Source: Chthonomonas calidirosea (GTDB lineage: Bacteria; Armatimonadota; Fimbriimonadia; Fimbriimonadales; Fimbriimonadaceae). Taken from it: 64,000 nt of DNA. The notes under the pieces were generated by a model. That model was not told the DNA's origin. It saw nothing but the letters and a program-made list of their open reading frames with translations, and searched no databases. Shown here in pieces: positions 49,628 through 60,506 of this stretch. Location of the stretch: positions 90,871-154,870 of the forward strand of contig CAMAPH010000003.1 in the NCBI GenBank assembly GCA_945859975.1, in the 5' to 3' direction. The position numbers and the translations under genes are program-made. Within the stretch, counting starts at the first letter, position 1; each line of letters starts with the position of its first letter.

Positions 49628-52600
49628 GAGCAGCCTCCGTCTTCACCGTTCCAGTTTGTCCTTCTGAATGAGATTCTTCTGAGTGAGCTGCGCCCTCACT
49701 GTGGGTTTCCTCACCGTGCTTTTCTTCACCGTGCTCTTCCCCGTGCTTAGCCTTCTTTGGCTTTGGCGCCGGAATCGGAGTGATCTCCGGATTCGGGTTG
49801 CGAAGCTTGGCCAAGTGGCTGGTGCGAGGTCGGGTTTGCAGTTCTTCAAGCAGCAACCAAGCTCGTGGATCGTTTCGAAGTTTCGAAACTCGGCTGGACT
49901 TGTCGGCGATGTTTCCAAAGACGATGCTTTGGGTCGGACAAGCCTGCTCGCAAGCGGTGATGATTTCGCCGTCCTTTAGGTCCCGACCGGCTTTCTTGGA
50001 TTCCTTTCGGGCGTCATTGATTCGCTGCACGCAGTAGGTGCACTTCTCCATGATTCCTCGGCCTCGGACAGTGACGTCCGGGTTGTTCAGCATCTTGACG
50101 AGCTGAATTCCGTTCTGTCGTTCCTCGGTCGTGTTTCCAAGCACGGCCGCGATGGGTCGAACCTTGGTCATGAAGTTCGGCTGGTTATCTGAGTAGTTCA
50201 GATAGTTAAAGCGGCGAACCTTGTAGGGGCAGTTGTTGGAGCAGTATCGCGTGCCAACGCAGCGGTTGTAAATCATTTGGTTCAAGCCTTCGTGGCTGTG
50301 AACCGTTGCGGCAACCGGGCAAACCGGCTCGCATGGAGCCTTTTCGCAGTGCACGCACATCAGCGGCTGCCAAGTGACTTCCGGATTGACATCGTCGCCC
50401 TTGAAGTAGCGGTCGATTCGAATCCAGTGCATCTCACGGCCATTCGCGACCTGCTGCTTGCCGACAACCGGAATGTTGTTCTCCGCTTGGCAAGCGGTAA
50501 CGCAGGCGTTACAACCGATACAGGTGTTGAGATCGATGGCCATTCCCCACTGAGGTCCATTCCATTCGAAAACTTCCTCAACGTAGAGGTTGTTCTTCTT
50601 GATCTCTTCCTCTGGGAAGGCGAACTCCGGCACAACCTCTTCTGGGTCGCGCAGGAACTGCTGCAGGGTGACTTCTCGCAGGATGTCGCGCTCGTCAACA
50701 ATTCGGTCGCTTTGGAGTGGCCGGTGACCCTGGGTCGTAACCAGTTGGGCACGTTCGTTGAGCTTCGTAATCTTGACGTCAGTTGCAACGTTGAGTGCAG
50801 AAACCGTTCGAAGTCCGAAGACGTTGACGCCGCCACCTTCCGTTGGGTCTGGGACGCCACCGTTGGTGCTCGAAGTCGCCACCGCTCCGCCAACCGTTCG
50901 GCCATAGCCATAGTTAACGAGGATCGAGTCGTCCGCCTGTCCGGGCTGAAGGAAGACGCCGATCTTAACCGACTTATCGCCGACTTCAAGATTGACGACG
51001 TCCTCGTGGGTGAGACCGAGTTTCTTCGCGGTCGCCATCGACATGATCGCCGCGTTGTCCCAAGTCAGCTTTGTGACCGGCGCAGGAAGCTCCTGCAGCC
51101 ATCCGTTGTTCGCAAAGCGACCATCAAAGATCGTTGGGTCCGGTCGGAAGTTGACTTCAATTTCCGTGCCGCCAAGCGGCAATTCAGCAGGCACCTGAAC
51201 GTTAGGCAACGCCTTCGGAACGAAAGCGGTGTTCTTGATGACGCCGTCGTGAACGAAGTCACGCCATCGAGCTTCGAACTCGCCCGAACCCGGCATTCCT
51301 GCCTGTTGCCAGTAGCCCTTGAGGATGTCGTATCCCGCAATCGGCTTTCCGGAAAGCGAGCTGAGAACTTCGATCGCACTTCGGCCCTCGAAGAGCGGCG
51401 CGATGAGCGGTTGAATGATCGAAACGGTGCCATCGTAGGCACGGAGGTCACCCCACTCTTCAAGCGGGTGAGTCATTGGCAGCGCCCATTCGGCTAGAGC
51501 AGCCGTCTCGTTCTGATCTCGACCGAGATAGATCACGTGCTTTGCGAGCTTCGCATTCTTCTCGAATTCAACGTCGCCGGGTGCATCGAATGCGGGGTTC
51601 CCACCGACCACGAGCAGCACATCCACCGAACCGCTCGAAAGCGCGTCCTTTAGATCGCCAATTCCCGAAGTCGCGTAGGCAGCATTTACCGGACTGATGT
51701 ACTTAACCGCGACGCTCTGCAGCGCGGCATTGATGCTCGCGACGAGCGCGTGGACTTCCCAAGGCTGGTGTGGACCAGCGATGACAAGCGCATTTGGACC
51801 GGCGAGCTTGAGGTCCTCGATCATCGCGGCGAAGTGGGCCCGATTGACGTTCTGAGGAACGGCGGTGCGGATCGTATTGATGCCGAGCGCCTCGGCGATC
51901 GCACCGGCAATTCCGGGGACCGCAACGCTCTTAACTGCCCAGCGGTGATCGGCCATCACGCCAACGAGGGTTGGCGTGCTTTCAAAGGCGTAAACGCGGT
52001 TCATTTCGCCGGTGAGGCCGACAACTCGGCGACCCGCGGCAAAATCTCGTGCGTACTTCAACGCGCCCGGCTGCTCCTCAGGGGAGAGGAAGCTGCTATC
52101 CAGCGAAACGATTACTTTCGCTTGAGTGAAGTCGTAAATCGGTTCCAGCGGCGTACCGCTCGAGTTCCGAAGTCCGTTGATAACATTGCTTCGGTCCTGC
52201 GGCTCATAGCTGTACCAGGTCGCCTTTGGATGCGCGGTCTGGAATGCCTTGAGCTGCGCGAGCAAAGTTGGCGAGGTCACCGCTCCGGTGAGAACGGCAA
52301 TGTTTTTTGCGCCAGCGATAAGCTTGGTCGCGGTCTTGTTGAAGAGCTCCCAAGTTGAGACGTCGCCGTTGTTGATGACCGACCGTGCGCGGTCTGGATC
52401 GTAGAGACCCAAGATTTCGGCCTGCGAGAAAACGTCTAGCGCGCCAAGAGAGCCAGGGTGAAGCGGGTTCCCTTCGATCTTGGTTGGGCGACCTTCATGC
52501 TGCTCAACCAAAACGCCCATTCCGAATCCGGCGAGCGGAATCGAGGATGCATAGTAAAGCGGAACGCCCGGCACCAGCTCTTCTGGCTGCTTGACGTACG

Positions 52601-52919
52601 GGATGACCTTGTCTTGAGGGAGGAAGACGCCTCGGCAGCCCGCAAGTCCGGCGAGCGCCATCGAAGCGCCCATGAACTTGAGCAGGTCGCGTCGATTCAT
52701 CGTAAGCAAGGTGGACCGGTTCGGGAACTCGTCGTCCATCCACTTGCGAAACTCCTTGGTGTCCGCGATCTCGTCTAGGCTCTGCCAGTAGTGCTTGCCT
52801 GACTTTCCGGCGAGCTTTGCCTGAATGGCATCAATGTCCAAACCGCCGTTAGCGGCCGGCTTCTGCTCGGTGAGCTCGACCGCGTCTTCTCTCTTTTCCA
52901 TGCCGTCGTTTGCTTCCAT
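49617..52919 (-). CDS. actB: alternative complex III subunit ActB (TAT-variant molybdopterin-fold + Fe-S)
   Basis: YWQSL, RRDLLK, GRPTKIEGNP.HP, NNGWLQE, CIGCNAC, CVHC..APCEPVCP, RCVGTRYCSNNCPYK. Confidence 0.95.
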
Positions 52920-52920
52920 A

Positions 52921-53676
52921 TTAGTAGTGGCACACCGAGCAGTCTGCGAGCTGCTGAACCTTAATGCCGTAGTCCTTCACGAGCTGCTTTCCAGCCTCTC
53001 GTTCCTTTGGATTGTCCGTTCCGTTGAACGTGCCAAGGATGAGGGCGCGCTCGCGCTCACTTAGTCCGTCTAGACCGGTCGTCTGGTACTTCCAGTACAG
53101 ATTGAAAACTTGCTGGCGAGGCTGCAGGTCTGGCCTGGTCTCGTCCTTATAGATGTGCCGATCCGGCGCGCGGTGGCATTCCAAGCACCATTGCATCTGG
53201 AATGGGTTGCCCTTGTAGGTGATCTGCATGTGCTGCACGGGGCCGTGGCACGTGTTGCAGTTCAGACCGCGGGAAATGTGAATGCTGTGGTTGAAGTGAA
53301 CAAAGTCGGGGACCTTGTTGACGAGATTCCACTTGATCGGCGTTCCCGTCTCGTAGCTCTGGCGCACTGGCTCAAGAAGCGGCGAGTTGGTCCAGATCTG
53401 CGAGTGGCAGCTCATACAGGTCTCGGTTGCCGGAAGGCCCGCATAGCTCGATTTCTCGACGCTGGTGTGGCAGTAACGGCAGTCGATTCCAAGTTCCCAC
53501 GCATGGTGCTGGTGCGAGAACGGAATGGGCTGGTTGAGCGGGACGTTCACCTTGGTATTGGCAGGTGATCGGCTCAACGCCGCGATGGCAAGCCAAACCG
53601 TCGGAACGCCGATGGCTAGCCCCATAAGGGTCGCCTGCGTGATATGGTTTGCACTCGGTTTAAAGATCTGCGCCAT
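52921..53676 (-). CDS. actA: alternative complex III pentaheme cytochrome c ActA
   Basis: QPIPFSH..H and five CxxCH motifs (CRYCH, CMSCH, CNTCH, CLECH, CSVCH). Confidence 0.95.
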   Translation of the reverse strand: MAQIFKPSANHITQATLMGLAIGVPTVWLAIAALSRSPANTKVNVPLNQPIPFSHQHHAWELGIDCRYCHTSVEKSSYAGLPATETCMSCHSQIWTNSPLLEPVRQSYETGTPIKWNLVNKVPDFVHFNHSIHISRGLNCNTCHGPVQHMQITYKGNPFQMQWCLECHRAPDRHIYKDETRPDLQPRQQVFNLYWKYQTTGLDGLSERERALILGTFNGTDNPKEREAGKQLVKDYGIKVQQLADCSVCHY

Positions 53677-53826
53677 TAGGACCTCTCATTTGGAAATCGG
53701 ATTCATGCAGAACCTGCTCAGGTTCAGTCACGTCTCCGTGGATAACGAAAGCTTGTCGACTCTGACGAACGCCCCCAACCCCGATCAATGGTACCGAGAT
53801 TCGATTCGAACGTGCTGAAGAAACCA

Positions 53827-55707
53827 TCATGCCAACACCACCGAGCGGGAGACCGCAAACGCCAAGAACAGCAGGGCGAGATAGAGCATGGAGTAGTGGA
53901 AAAGTGAACTTGCGTGCGGTCGATCTATGTTTCGCCATAGCTCGATGCACTTGCGGACAAGGAGAAGATTGAGGATCGCCGCCGCGATGCCGTAGATCCA
54001 GCCGACTTGCGGCATCAGGAACGGAATCATGGTGACGATAACCGTCACGACGGTGTAGATGCCGATCTGCTGAACGGTGACCTTTTCGCCTTTCACAACG
54101 GGCAGCATTGGAACGCCGGCCGAAGCGTAGTCGTCCTTCAACATCAAAGCAAGAGCCCAGAAATGAACGGGGGTCCAAACGAAGATGATCGCGAAAAGAT
54201 ACAGCGCTAGCGGCGGCAAATCGTTGGTTACGGCGGACCAACCGACAAGAGGCGGGAAGGCACCGGCGGCTCCACCAATGACGATGTTGTGCCAAGTTCG
54301 ACGCTTCAAGAGCATCGTGTAGACCACAACATAGAATACGAGTCCGCTAAGAGCCATCACGGCACTCAACAGGTTCGAACTCAGCCAAAGAAGCAGGAAC
54401 GATCCGGAGCTGAGTGCGAACGCGAACGTGAGCACTTGGCGAGAGGTAATCGACTGAGTCACGGTTGGCCGACTCGCCGTTCGCTTCATCGTCAAATCGA
54501 TGTCGCGGTCGATGACCATATTGATTGCGTTCGCCGCACCGGCCGACATGTATCCACCGAGCGCAACGGCAAGGAACTGCCAGATTGGCGGGAAATGACC
54601 TTGCGCCGCGACCATTGCGGTCAGCGTAGTGAACAGAAGCAAACTGATGACGCGAGGCTTTGTGAGCGCAATGTATGCGTTGACCAGAGCGCGACCCTTG
54701 AGTGGTTCGCCCGCCTCAACGCTGTCCGGCGCCGGTCGCCACTCAACGCGTTCGACATTGTCGGCGAGGGCAAACATCGCCACGCCGGTCATCGTAACGA
54801 CCAAGATGTCCGCCATCACCAGATGGAACACCTGCATGAAGATCGGGGCGTTGTACCAGATCGTGATGCCGCCAACGATGCATTGAAAAATGTAAACGCC
54901 GGACATCAGCTGAGCCGCCGCTTTGACCTGTGGACTCGGCCTCAAGTGAATGATGAGCCCGGCGTAAAGGAAGATGTATAGCCCTACCGAAGCCGCAATC
55001 AGCGGATGTAGCGGCTGAAGCTGAACCATCCAGTGGCTCGTGGGATCCTTCGCAGCTTGAAGAACGTTCTCTGCCCGGTGAAGCTGATGAGCAAGAGCCG
55101 AGACGGCGCCGCTGAAGCCAAGCAATACGGCCCCAACGAACCCCATCACGATCATGGTGCCAGCCGTGCCCTGCCCTTTACTGAGCATCTTCGGCGCGCC
55201 ACCGGCGCTCAATGCGGCCATCGCAAGCGAAGCGAGAAGCGAGTAGGTCGAGACAACGTGGAAGGCCATTACGGCCGCTCGTAGTGGCGTGTCGTTTACC
55301 GTAACTAGCTGAAACTTCACGAGGGCGGCGCCAATTAATCCTTCCAGCGCCGTTAGAACGAAGGTCGCCACCGTCGCTTTCCGGACCAAGTGTCCTTTCG
55401 GAAAGATGCGGAACGCCCAAATGACCAACCCAAGCACAAGCGGCCCGAGGATTGCGGTGGACAGTCGATGCGAAAGCTCAATCACGCGGCCCATGCTTCC
55501 GGCCATCGGGCTGTGCGACTGATCGCAGCCTAGCCAAATGTCGCCGCAACCATCGCCGGAGAAGCTGGCTCGGACGTAAACGCCCCAACCGATCGCCAAA
55601 AGGGTGTAAACAAGAAGGCCCCAAGCGAACTTCGCAAACGGCGGAAGCAGCTTGAACGATTCACTGTACTTTCTGAAATTATTGAAAGTTGAGAATACTC
55701 CCTTCAT
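53827..55707 (-). CDS. fused heme A synthase (CtaA/COX15) and heme O synthase (CtaB/CyoE)
   Basis: N-half SGDGCGD.W.GC, IELSHR, further His; C-half LTKPRVI, N...DRDID..M.RT..RP, YT..LKRRT..NIVIGG, WTPVHFWAL. Confidence 0.9.
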   Translation of the reverse strand: MKGVFSTFNNFRKYSESFKLLPPFAKFAWGLLVYTLLAIGWGVYVRASFSGDGCGDIWLGCDQSHSPMAGSMGRVIELSHRLSTAILGPLVLGLVIWAFRIFPKGHLVRKATVATFVLTALEGLIGAALVKFQLVTVNDTPLRAAVMAFHVVSTYSLLASLAMAALSAGGAPKMLSKGQGTAGTMIVMGFVGAVLLGFSGAVSALAHQLHRAENVLQAAKDPTSHWMVQLQPLHPLIAASVGLYIFLYAGLIIHLRPSPQVKAAAQLMSGVYIFQCIVGGITIWYNAPIFMQVFHLVMADILVVTMTGVAMFALADNVERVEWRPAPDSVEAGEPLKGRALVNAYIALTKPRVISLLLFTTLTAMVAAQGHFPPIWQFLAVALGGYMSAGAANAINMVIDRDIDLTMKRTASRPTVTQSITSRQVLTFAFALSSGSFLLLWLSSNLLSAVMALSGLVFYVVVYTMLLKRRTWHNIVIGGAAGAFPPLVGWSAVTNDLPPLALYLFAIIFVWTPVHFWALALMLKDDYASAGVPMLPVVKGEKVTVQQIGIYTVVTVIVTMIPFLMPQVGWIYGIAAAILNLLLVRKCIELWRNIDRPHASSLFHYSMLYLALLFLAFAVSRSVVLA

Positions 55708-55776
55708 TGAACTACGCTTGAATTATATCCCTCTCCATCCCGGAAAGGGAACCACACCGCGTGGATTTGACGTTAT

Positions 55777-57165
55777 TTAGGCGATTCTCGGGAAGCCGCG
55801 TTCGTTGAACAGGCTAGTCGCATGTTCAATCTGCGTCTTCATTGCTTCTGGCCCAGGAGCACCTAGGGAATTTCTGCGCGCTACCGAACCCGTCGCACTG
55901 AGCACCGACAGCGCGGTTTCTGGAATTTCAGGGGCAATTTCGTGCAGCTTTTCTGGCGTTAGGTCTTCCAAAACGATGCCTTCGCTCACGCAGGCAACGA
56001 CGATTTGTCCGACGATTTCGTGAGCTCTCCGGAACGGGACACCTTGCGATGCCAAGTAATCGGCTAGGTCGGTGGCGGTCGAGAAGTCTCCGTAGGTTCC
56101 TGCGGCCATTCGCTCAAGTTGCCAATCGGCAGATTTGAGCATCAAGTTGATCAGCTCAATGCTGTCTCGGCACTTGCGAAGGCTATCGAAGAGCGGTGGC
56201 TTGTCTTCTTGGGTGTCTCGGTTGTAGCCGAGTGGCAACGCCTTCATCACGCCCGCAAGCGTGGTCCAGTTGGCAATTGCCCGGGCGGTTCGGCCACGGA
56301 TCAACTCGGCCATGTCCGGATTTCGCTTCTGGGGCATGATGCTAGAGCCGGTGGTAACACCGTCGGCGAGCTTCACGAAGCCGAATTCCTTACCGCTCCA
56401 GAGAATCAGTTCTTGAGAAACGCGGCTCAAGTCCAGCATGATCAGCGCGCAAAGGTGGAGCGCATCGAGGATGTACGACCGATCGCTTGTGGCATCGAGC
56501 GCGTTCGGAATCGGAGCAATGAAACCAAGTTCGTCGCTCGTCATCTGCCGGTCGATGGGGAATGAAGTTCCGGCCAGCGCAGCGGAGCCAAGCGGACAGT
56601 GGTTCGTCACGGTAAGGATTCGCTCGGCGCGGCAGCCGTGCCGCTGGAGGGCCCAGAAGTGAGCCAAGAAGTGGAAGCCAAGGGTGATCGGCTGGGCGCG
56701 CTGCTGGTGGGTGTAGCCCGGCATCAGCGCGGATTGATACTCTGCGCCAAGCTCAAGTAAGAGTCCCTGCAGGTTCTTCAGGTCGTCCTGAAGCGAAATG
56801 AGCTCGTTGACGACGTACATTCGGGTGTCGGTCGCGACTTGGTCATTTCGAGATCGAGCGGTGTGGAGCTTGCCCGCTACGTCGCCAACGAGTTCATAGA
56901 GTCGTGTCTCGATGGCGGTGTGAATGTCTTCGACGTCGAGCTTGAGATAGCTCGGGCCCTGTTCGTGGATTTTTTCGAGTCCATCGATGAGTTGCTTGGC
57001 TTCATCTTTTGTTAAGATGCCAACTTCCCCAAGCATCCGCGCATGCGCAACGCTGGCAATGATGTCCTCTTGCCAAAAATTCAGATCCGAGTGGATCGTT
57101 TGTCCAAAACGATCCACCAGTTCCGATGTGCTCTCTGTAAACGCTCCGCCCCACAGCTTCCGCAT
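55777..57165 (-). CDS. argH: argininosuccinate lyase
   Basis: KLWGG.F, EDIH, LHTARSRNDQ, GYTH, TGSSIMPQKRNPD. Confidence 0.97.
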   Translation of the reverse strand: MRKLWGGAFTESTSELVDRFGQTIHSDLNFWQEDIIASVAHARMLGEVGILTKDEAKQLIDGLEKIHEQGPSYLKLDVEDIHTAIETRLYELVGDVAGKLHTARSRNDQVATDTRMYVVNELISLQDDLKNLQGLLLELGAEYQSALMPGYTHQQRAQPITLGFHFLAHFWALQRHGCRAERILTVTNHCPLGSAALAGTSFPIDRQMTSDELGFIAPIPNALDATSDRSYILDALHLCALIMLDLSRVSQELILWSGKEFGFVKLADGVTTGSSIMPQKRNPDMAELIRGRTARAIANWTTLAGVMKALPLGYNRDTQEDKPPLFDSLRKCRDSIELINLMLKSADWQLERMAAGTYGDFSTATDLADYLASQGVPFRRAHEIVGQIVVACVSEGIVLEDLTPEKLHEIAPEIPETALSVLSATGSVARRNSLGAPGPEAMKTQIEHATSLFNERGFPRIA

Positions 57166-57262
57166 GCCGAGATTCTTTTACCCGCCAATCGAGATTGCCG
57201 GGTGACCTTCTTTTGATTCGGAAGTAAATTTTCTTACCGATTGCATTATCACCATCAAAGTT

Positions 57263-58633
57263 CTAGGCCGCTCGCTTTGCGATTGTGTTTTCGTGCACGG
57301 TCGCAAAGCTCTCAATCAGAGCTTGTGCAGGAACACCTTTCGAGACCAGGAATGAGGTTGCTGCAAATGCTCGGGCGCCAGAACCGCAGTGCACGGCGCA
57401 GGGTTGCATTTGCTCAACCGTGCTGCTCAACAGCCGAAAGATCGGCAAGTGCTTCGAACCTGGTACGTGCATTTCCGCCCGCTCGGACCCGGTTCGAACG
57501 TCGACGATTGACATGTCGTTCGGTACATCCTGAGACTGAACTTGTGGAAATGCCTGCCAGTCGGATTGAGGAACGCTTCCGGAAAGCGAATATCCGCGGA
57601 TATCCCTGAACCCAATGCTTTGTAAGGCAGCCACGGCCGCCTTTGCATTCTTGTCCGAATCGCTGAGCACAACAATCGGTCGGCCGAACTCAACAAGTGA
57701 TCCTGCCCAGTTCGTGAACGAGCGACCAAGAGGAATCGTCAAGCTGCGGTGAAGGTACTGACTCAACACTGCAGGTCGTTGACGAGTGTCGATCACTTGA
57801 AAGTCTTGTCCGAACAAATCCTTCAGGACGTTGCCGGCATATCTGCGAAACGGAGTTGCGTAATCCTCGGCGGTGAGACCAAGCTTGTTGACGCGTTTCA
57901 TTTCGGCGAAATATCCCGGCGGCTCGGGTTGGTTAGCCAACGCTTCGGCAACAAATGCTTCTTCGGTTTGCAGTTGCAAACCCCAGTTATGCCTGCGCTC
58001 TTGGCCAAGCGTCGTTTCTGGGGTGCCGCCCAGGCTCTTGCCGCAGGCTGATCCTGCGCCATGTCCTGGCCAAATGAGGATGGAATCGTCGTACTTGGCC
58101 AGCTTCTGAACAGATTGGTACAGCACTTTCGCGCTGTCTTCCATCGTGTTCGCCATTCCCGCTGCCGTTTCGAGGAGGTCTGGCCGCCCGAGGTCGCCAA
58201 CAAAGACGAAGTCGCCGGTGAAGAGCCCCAGCGTTTCGCCATCGCTGGTTTCTAAGCCGAAAGTGAGGTGTTCTGGGGTGTGCCCCGGAGTGTGGATGGC
58301 TCGAACAACGATCTTTCCAATCTGGATGGTGTCGCCATCTTTGAGTAGGCGCGCGGAGTCTGCAAAGGCGTACTTCCATTCTGCGGGGCCCTCGTCTGAG
58401 ACATGGAGCTGTGCGCCCGTCCGAATAGCGAGCTCTCTCGATCCCGATACAAAGTCGGCATGAATGTGAGTTTCGGTGACGTGGCTGATCTTAAGACCAT
58501 TGCGTTCGGCAAAGTCCAGATAGCGATCGAGGTTCGTGGTCGGATCGATCACGATCGCCTCGCCAACTACCGGACAGGCGATGAGAAAGCTAGCCTGGGC
58601 AAGCATGTCATCGAAGAAACGTTCGAAAATCAC
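57263..58633 (-). CDS. MBL-fold persulfide dioxygenase fused to rhodanese domains (CstB-like)
   Basis: ETHIHADF.SG, TPGHTPEH, TGD..FVGD.GRPDL, PGHGAGSACG, C-terminal HCGSGARA rhodanese. Confidence 0.9.
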   Translation of the reverse strand: MIFERFFDDMLAQASFLIACPVVGEAIVIDPTTNLDRYLDFAERNGLKISHVTETHIHADFVSGSRELAIRTGAQLHVSDEGPAEWKYAFADSARLLKDGDTIQIGKIVVRAIHTPGHTPEHLTFGLETSDGETLGLFTGDFVFVGDLGRPDLLETAAGMANTMEDSAKVLYQSVQKLAKYDDSILIWPGHGAGSACGKSLGGTPETTLGQERRHNWGLQLQTEEAFVAEALANQPEPPGYFAEMKRVNKLGLTAEDYATPFRRYAGNVLKDLFGQDFQVIDTRQRPAVLSQYLHRSLTIPLGRSFTNWAGSLVEFGRPIVVLSDSDKNAKAAVAALQSIGFRDIRGYSLSGSVPQSDWQAFPQVQSQDVPNDMSIVDVRTGSERAEMHVPGSKHLPIFRLLSSTVEQMQPCAVHCGSGARAFAATSFLVSKGVPAQALIESFATVHENTIAKRAA

Positions 58634-59169
58634 GCTCGCACCTCCACTGAATTCTTCTGCTTTGGCTTATTCCAAGGCATCGCTCCCAAGAGCATGGCGA
58701 AGCCGCAGATATCCGTAAGGCCAGCGAAGGTGAGCCCGGCTCCAACGAACCCAGCCAGCCCGAACCAGGCAGGCGAAACCGTCGCACCAAGGATTGTCCC
58801 GGCGAGCACCATAAGTCCCGCACCAAAGCGAACTTGCCGTTCGAGCGCCCAGGTTGAATTGGCGCTGGCAACAACGGAATGTCCGGCCTGCTTCCAAGCC
58901 TCCGTTCCGCCTTCCAAAATCACCGAGTTAGCAAGGTCGGAAGGAATCCGCGCACAGGCCATCGTTGCACGGGTGCCTGACTTGCAGACCAAAACGACAT
59001 CCGACTGAAGATCGGCATGACGCGCTTCTACTTGTTCAAGTGGGATGTTGATTGCGCCGGGGATGTGGCCAACGTTGTATTCGCCGGGACTACGGACATC
59101 GACGATTTGGAGTCTGGATCCAGACTCGAGTTGCCGGGACAGCTCTTGTGCGCTGACGGTTTTGTTCAT
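58630..59169 (-). CDS. rhodanese + DUF2892 membrane protein (YgaP-like)
   Basis: DVRSPGEY..GHIPGA, CKSGTR, LERQV, GAGL.FAG...C. Confidence 0.9.
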   Translation of the reverse strand: MNKTVSAQELSRQLESGSRLQIVDVRSPGEYNVGHIPGAINIPLEQVEARHADLQSDVVLVCKSGTRATMACARIPSDLANSVILEGGTEAWKQAGHSVVASANSTWALERQVRFGAGLMVLAGTILGATVSPAWFGLAGFVGAGLTFAGLTDICGFAMLLGAMPWNKPKQKNSVEVRA

Positions 59170-59178
59170 TCTGTTGGG

Positions 59179-59208
59179 TAAGAGTGCCGTCCGGGCGGCA
59201 AGGATTCA
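59179..59208 (-). promoter_or_regulatory. putative ECF promoter TGAATCCTT-N15-CTCTTA (copy 2)
   Basis: same bipartite motif and spacing as 59964-59993; 9 nt before ATG. Confidence 0.7.
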
Positions 59209-59958
59209 TTTCCACTCCTGAATCAGAACAAAGATCGCCGTAAGAACAACGGTGACCGCAAAAGCCTGCTTGAGTTGTGGAACCTGGAGCTTTGATCTCA
59301 CAAGGATTCCCACAACCATTCCGAGGAGGGCAACCGAGGTAACGCTCCAGATGGTTGGCCATGGATAGGTTCGGCCACCCATGACATCTGCGCTTATGCC
59401 CGCAAGGCAGTTGATGGTGATAATCCCAAGGGAGGTGCCGAGCGCCACCGGCAATGAAAGTCCGAGGCCAAGAACGAGGGCCGGGATAATCAGGAAGCCG
59501 CCGCCTGCGCCAAGTATGCCGCTCAGCGCGCCTACGACAACCGCACTAACGATCACTTTCCAGAGGGCAATCTGAGCCTTCTTGTCATCGACTGGTCGAG
59601 TCATCGCGTACGCGGCAAGAATCATCAGGCCAGCGAACGCGGACATCAGCAACTTGTCGATCTCAAAGCCAAAAACCGTCTTCGGCACAAATTGAAAGAA
59701 GAGGGTCCGCGAAAGGATTGCTACGGTTAACGAGATCGGGGAGAAGATGAGCAGCGTTTTGTAGTCAATATTCTTCTGCCAAGCACTGGTTGCGGTGCCG
59801 ATGGCGCTAAGAATTCCGACCACCACGAACGCGGCCCCGGTTGCAGCCTGCGGGCTGATGCCGAACCCGTAGACGAGCAGGGGCACGGTCAAGATTGAGC
59901 CTCCGGCGCCAACAAGGCCCAGACTCAGACCCATAAGCGCGGACAATAGCCAAGTCAC
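59206..59958 (-). CDS. sulfite exporter TauE/SafE family
   Basis: duplicated GL.G.GG..L.(V/I)P motifs, GTSL, polytopic. Confidence 0.9.
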   Translation of the reverse strand: MTWLLSALMGLSLGLVGAGGSILTVPLLVYGFGISPQAATGAAFVVVGILSAIGTATSAWQKNIDYKTLLIFSPISLTVAILSRTLFFQFVPKTVFGFEIDKLLMSAFAGLMILAAYAMTRPVDDKKAQIALWKVIVSAVVVGALSGILGAGGGFLIIPALVLGLGLSLPVALGTSLGIITINCLAGISADVMGGRTYPWPTIWSVTSVALLGMVVGILVRSKLQVPQLKQAFAVTVVLTAIFVLIQEWK

Positions 59959-59963
59959 GGTGT

Positions 59964-59993
59964 TAAGAGCGGCGACCGCTGGTAAAGGATTCA
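59964..59993 (-). promoter_or_regulatory. putative ECF promoter TGAATCCTT-N15-CTCTTA (copy 1)
   Basis: 5 nt before tauE GTG; second identical copy before the rhodanese gene. Confidence 0.7.
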
Positions 59994-60506
59994 GGCGCAG
60001 GCATGCTGGTCTAAGTAGTCGCGAACAATGTGGCGGGCGCGATGGAGTCGCGACTTCACCGCCGCAATGGATATTCCAAGCTCGCTCGCTGTCTCCTCGG
60101 CGGAAACTTGCTTTAACTCACGCAGTTCGTAAACCTCTTTCATTTTGGGCGGAAGGGAGTCCAGAGCATCAATGACGCATCGATGCATTTCTGCAGCTTC
60201 GACCTGCTGTTCAACATTGATGGACGGGTCTACAGGCTCGAATCCATCTTGTAGGGCCAGGATGGGCCTAAGTGCTTCGTGCCTTTTTATCCTCGTGCAG
60301 GCGCGTCTTGCGATCATCGCCAGCCACGCTTGAAATGCCGCAGGATCTTTGAGGTTTTCTTGGAATCGATATGCGTTCAGGAGCGACTCAACCAGGACAT
60401 CCTCGGCATCATCGATGTTTCCGCAAACGCGGACCATCTGTCGATACACCGCGTCTTTGTGCTGCCTGACGAGCCGCTCGTACTCCACGCTTGTATTGTG
60501 CTTCAC
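59991..60506 (-). CDS. ECF RNA polymerase sigma factor
   Basis: DAEDVL, FQAWL..IA, ETASELGIS..AVKSRLHRAR; GTGA overlap with dnaE2 stop. Confidence 0.9.
   Translation of the reverse strand: MKHNTSVEYERLVRQHKDAVYRQMVRVCGNIDDAEDVLVESLLNAYRFQENLKDPAAFQAWLAMIARRACTRIKRHEALRPILALQDGFEPVDPSINVEQQVEAAEMHRCVIDALDSLPPKMKEVYELRELKQVSAEETASELGISIAAVKSRLHRARHIVRDYLDQHACA

Noticed and set aside
57166..57262. ArgR box upstream of argH
   Set aside because: Only a half-site-like TTGCAT with no matching dyad.
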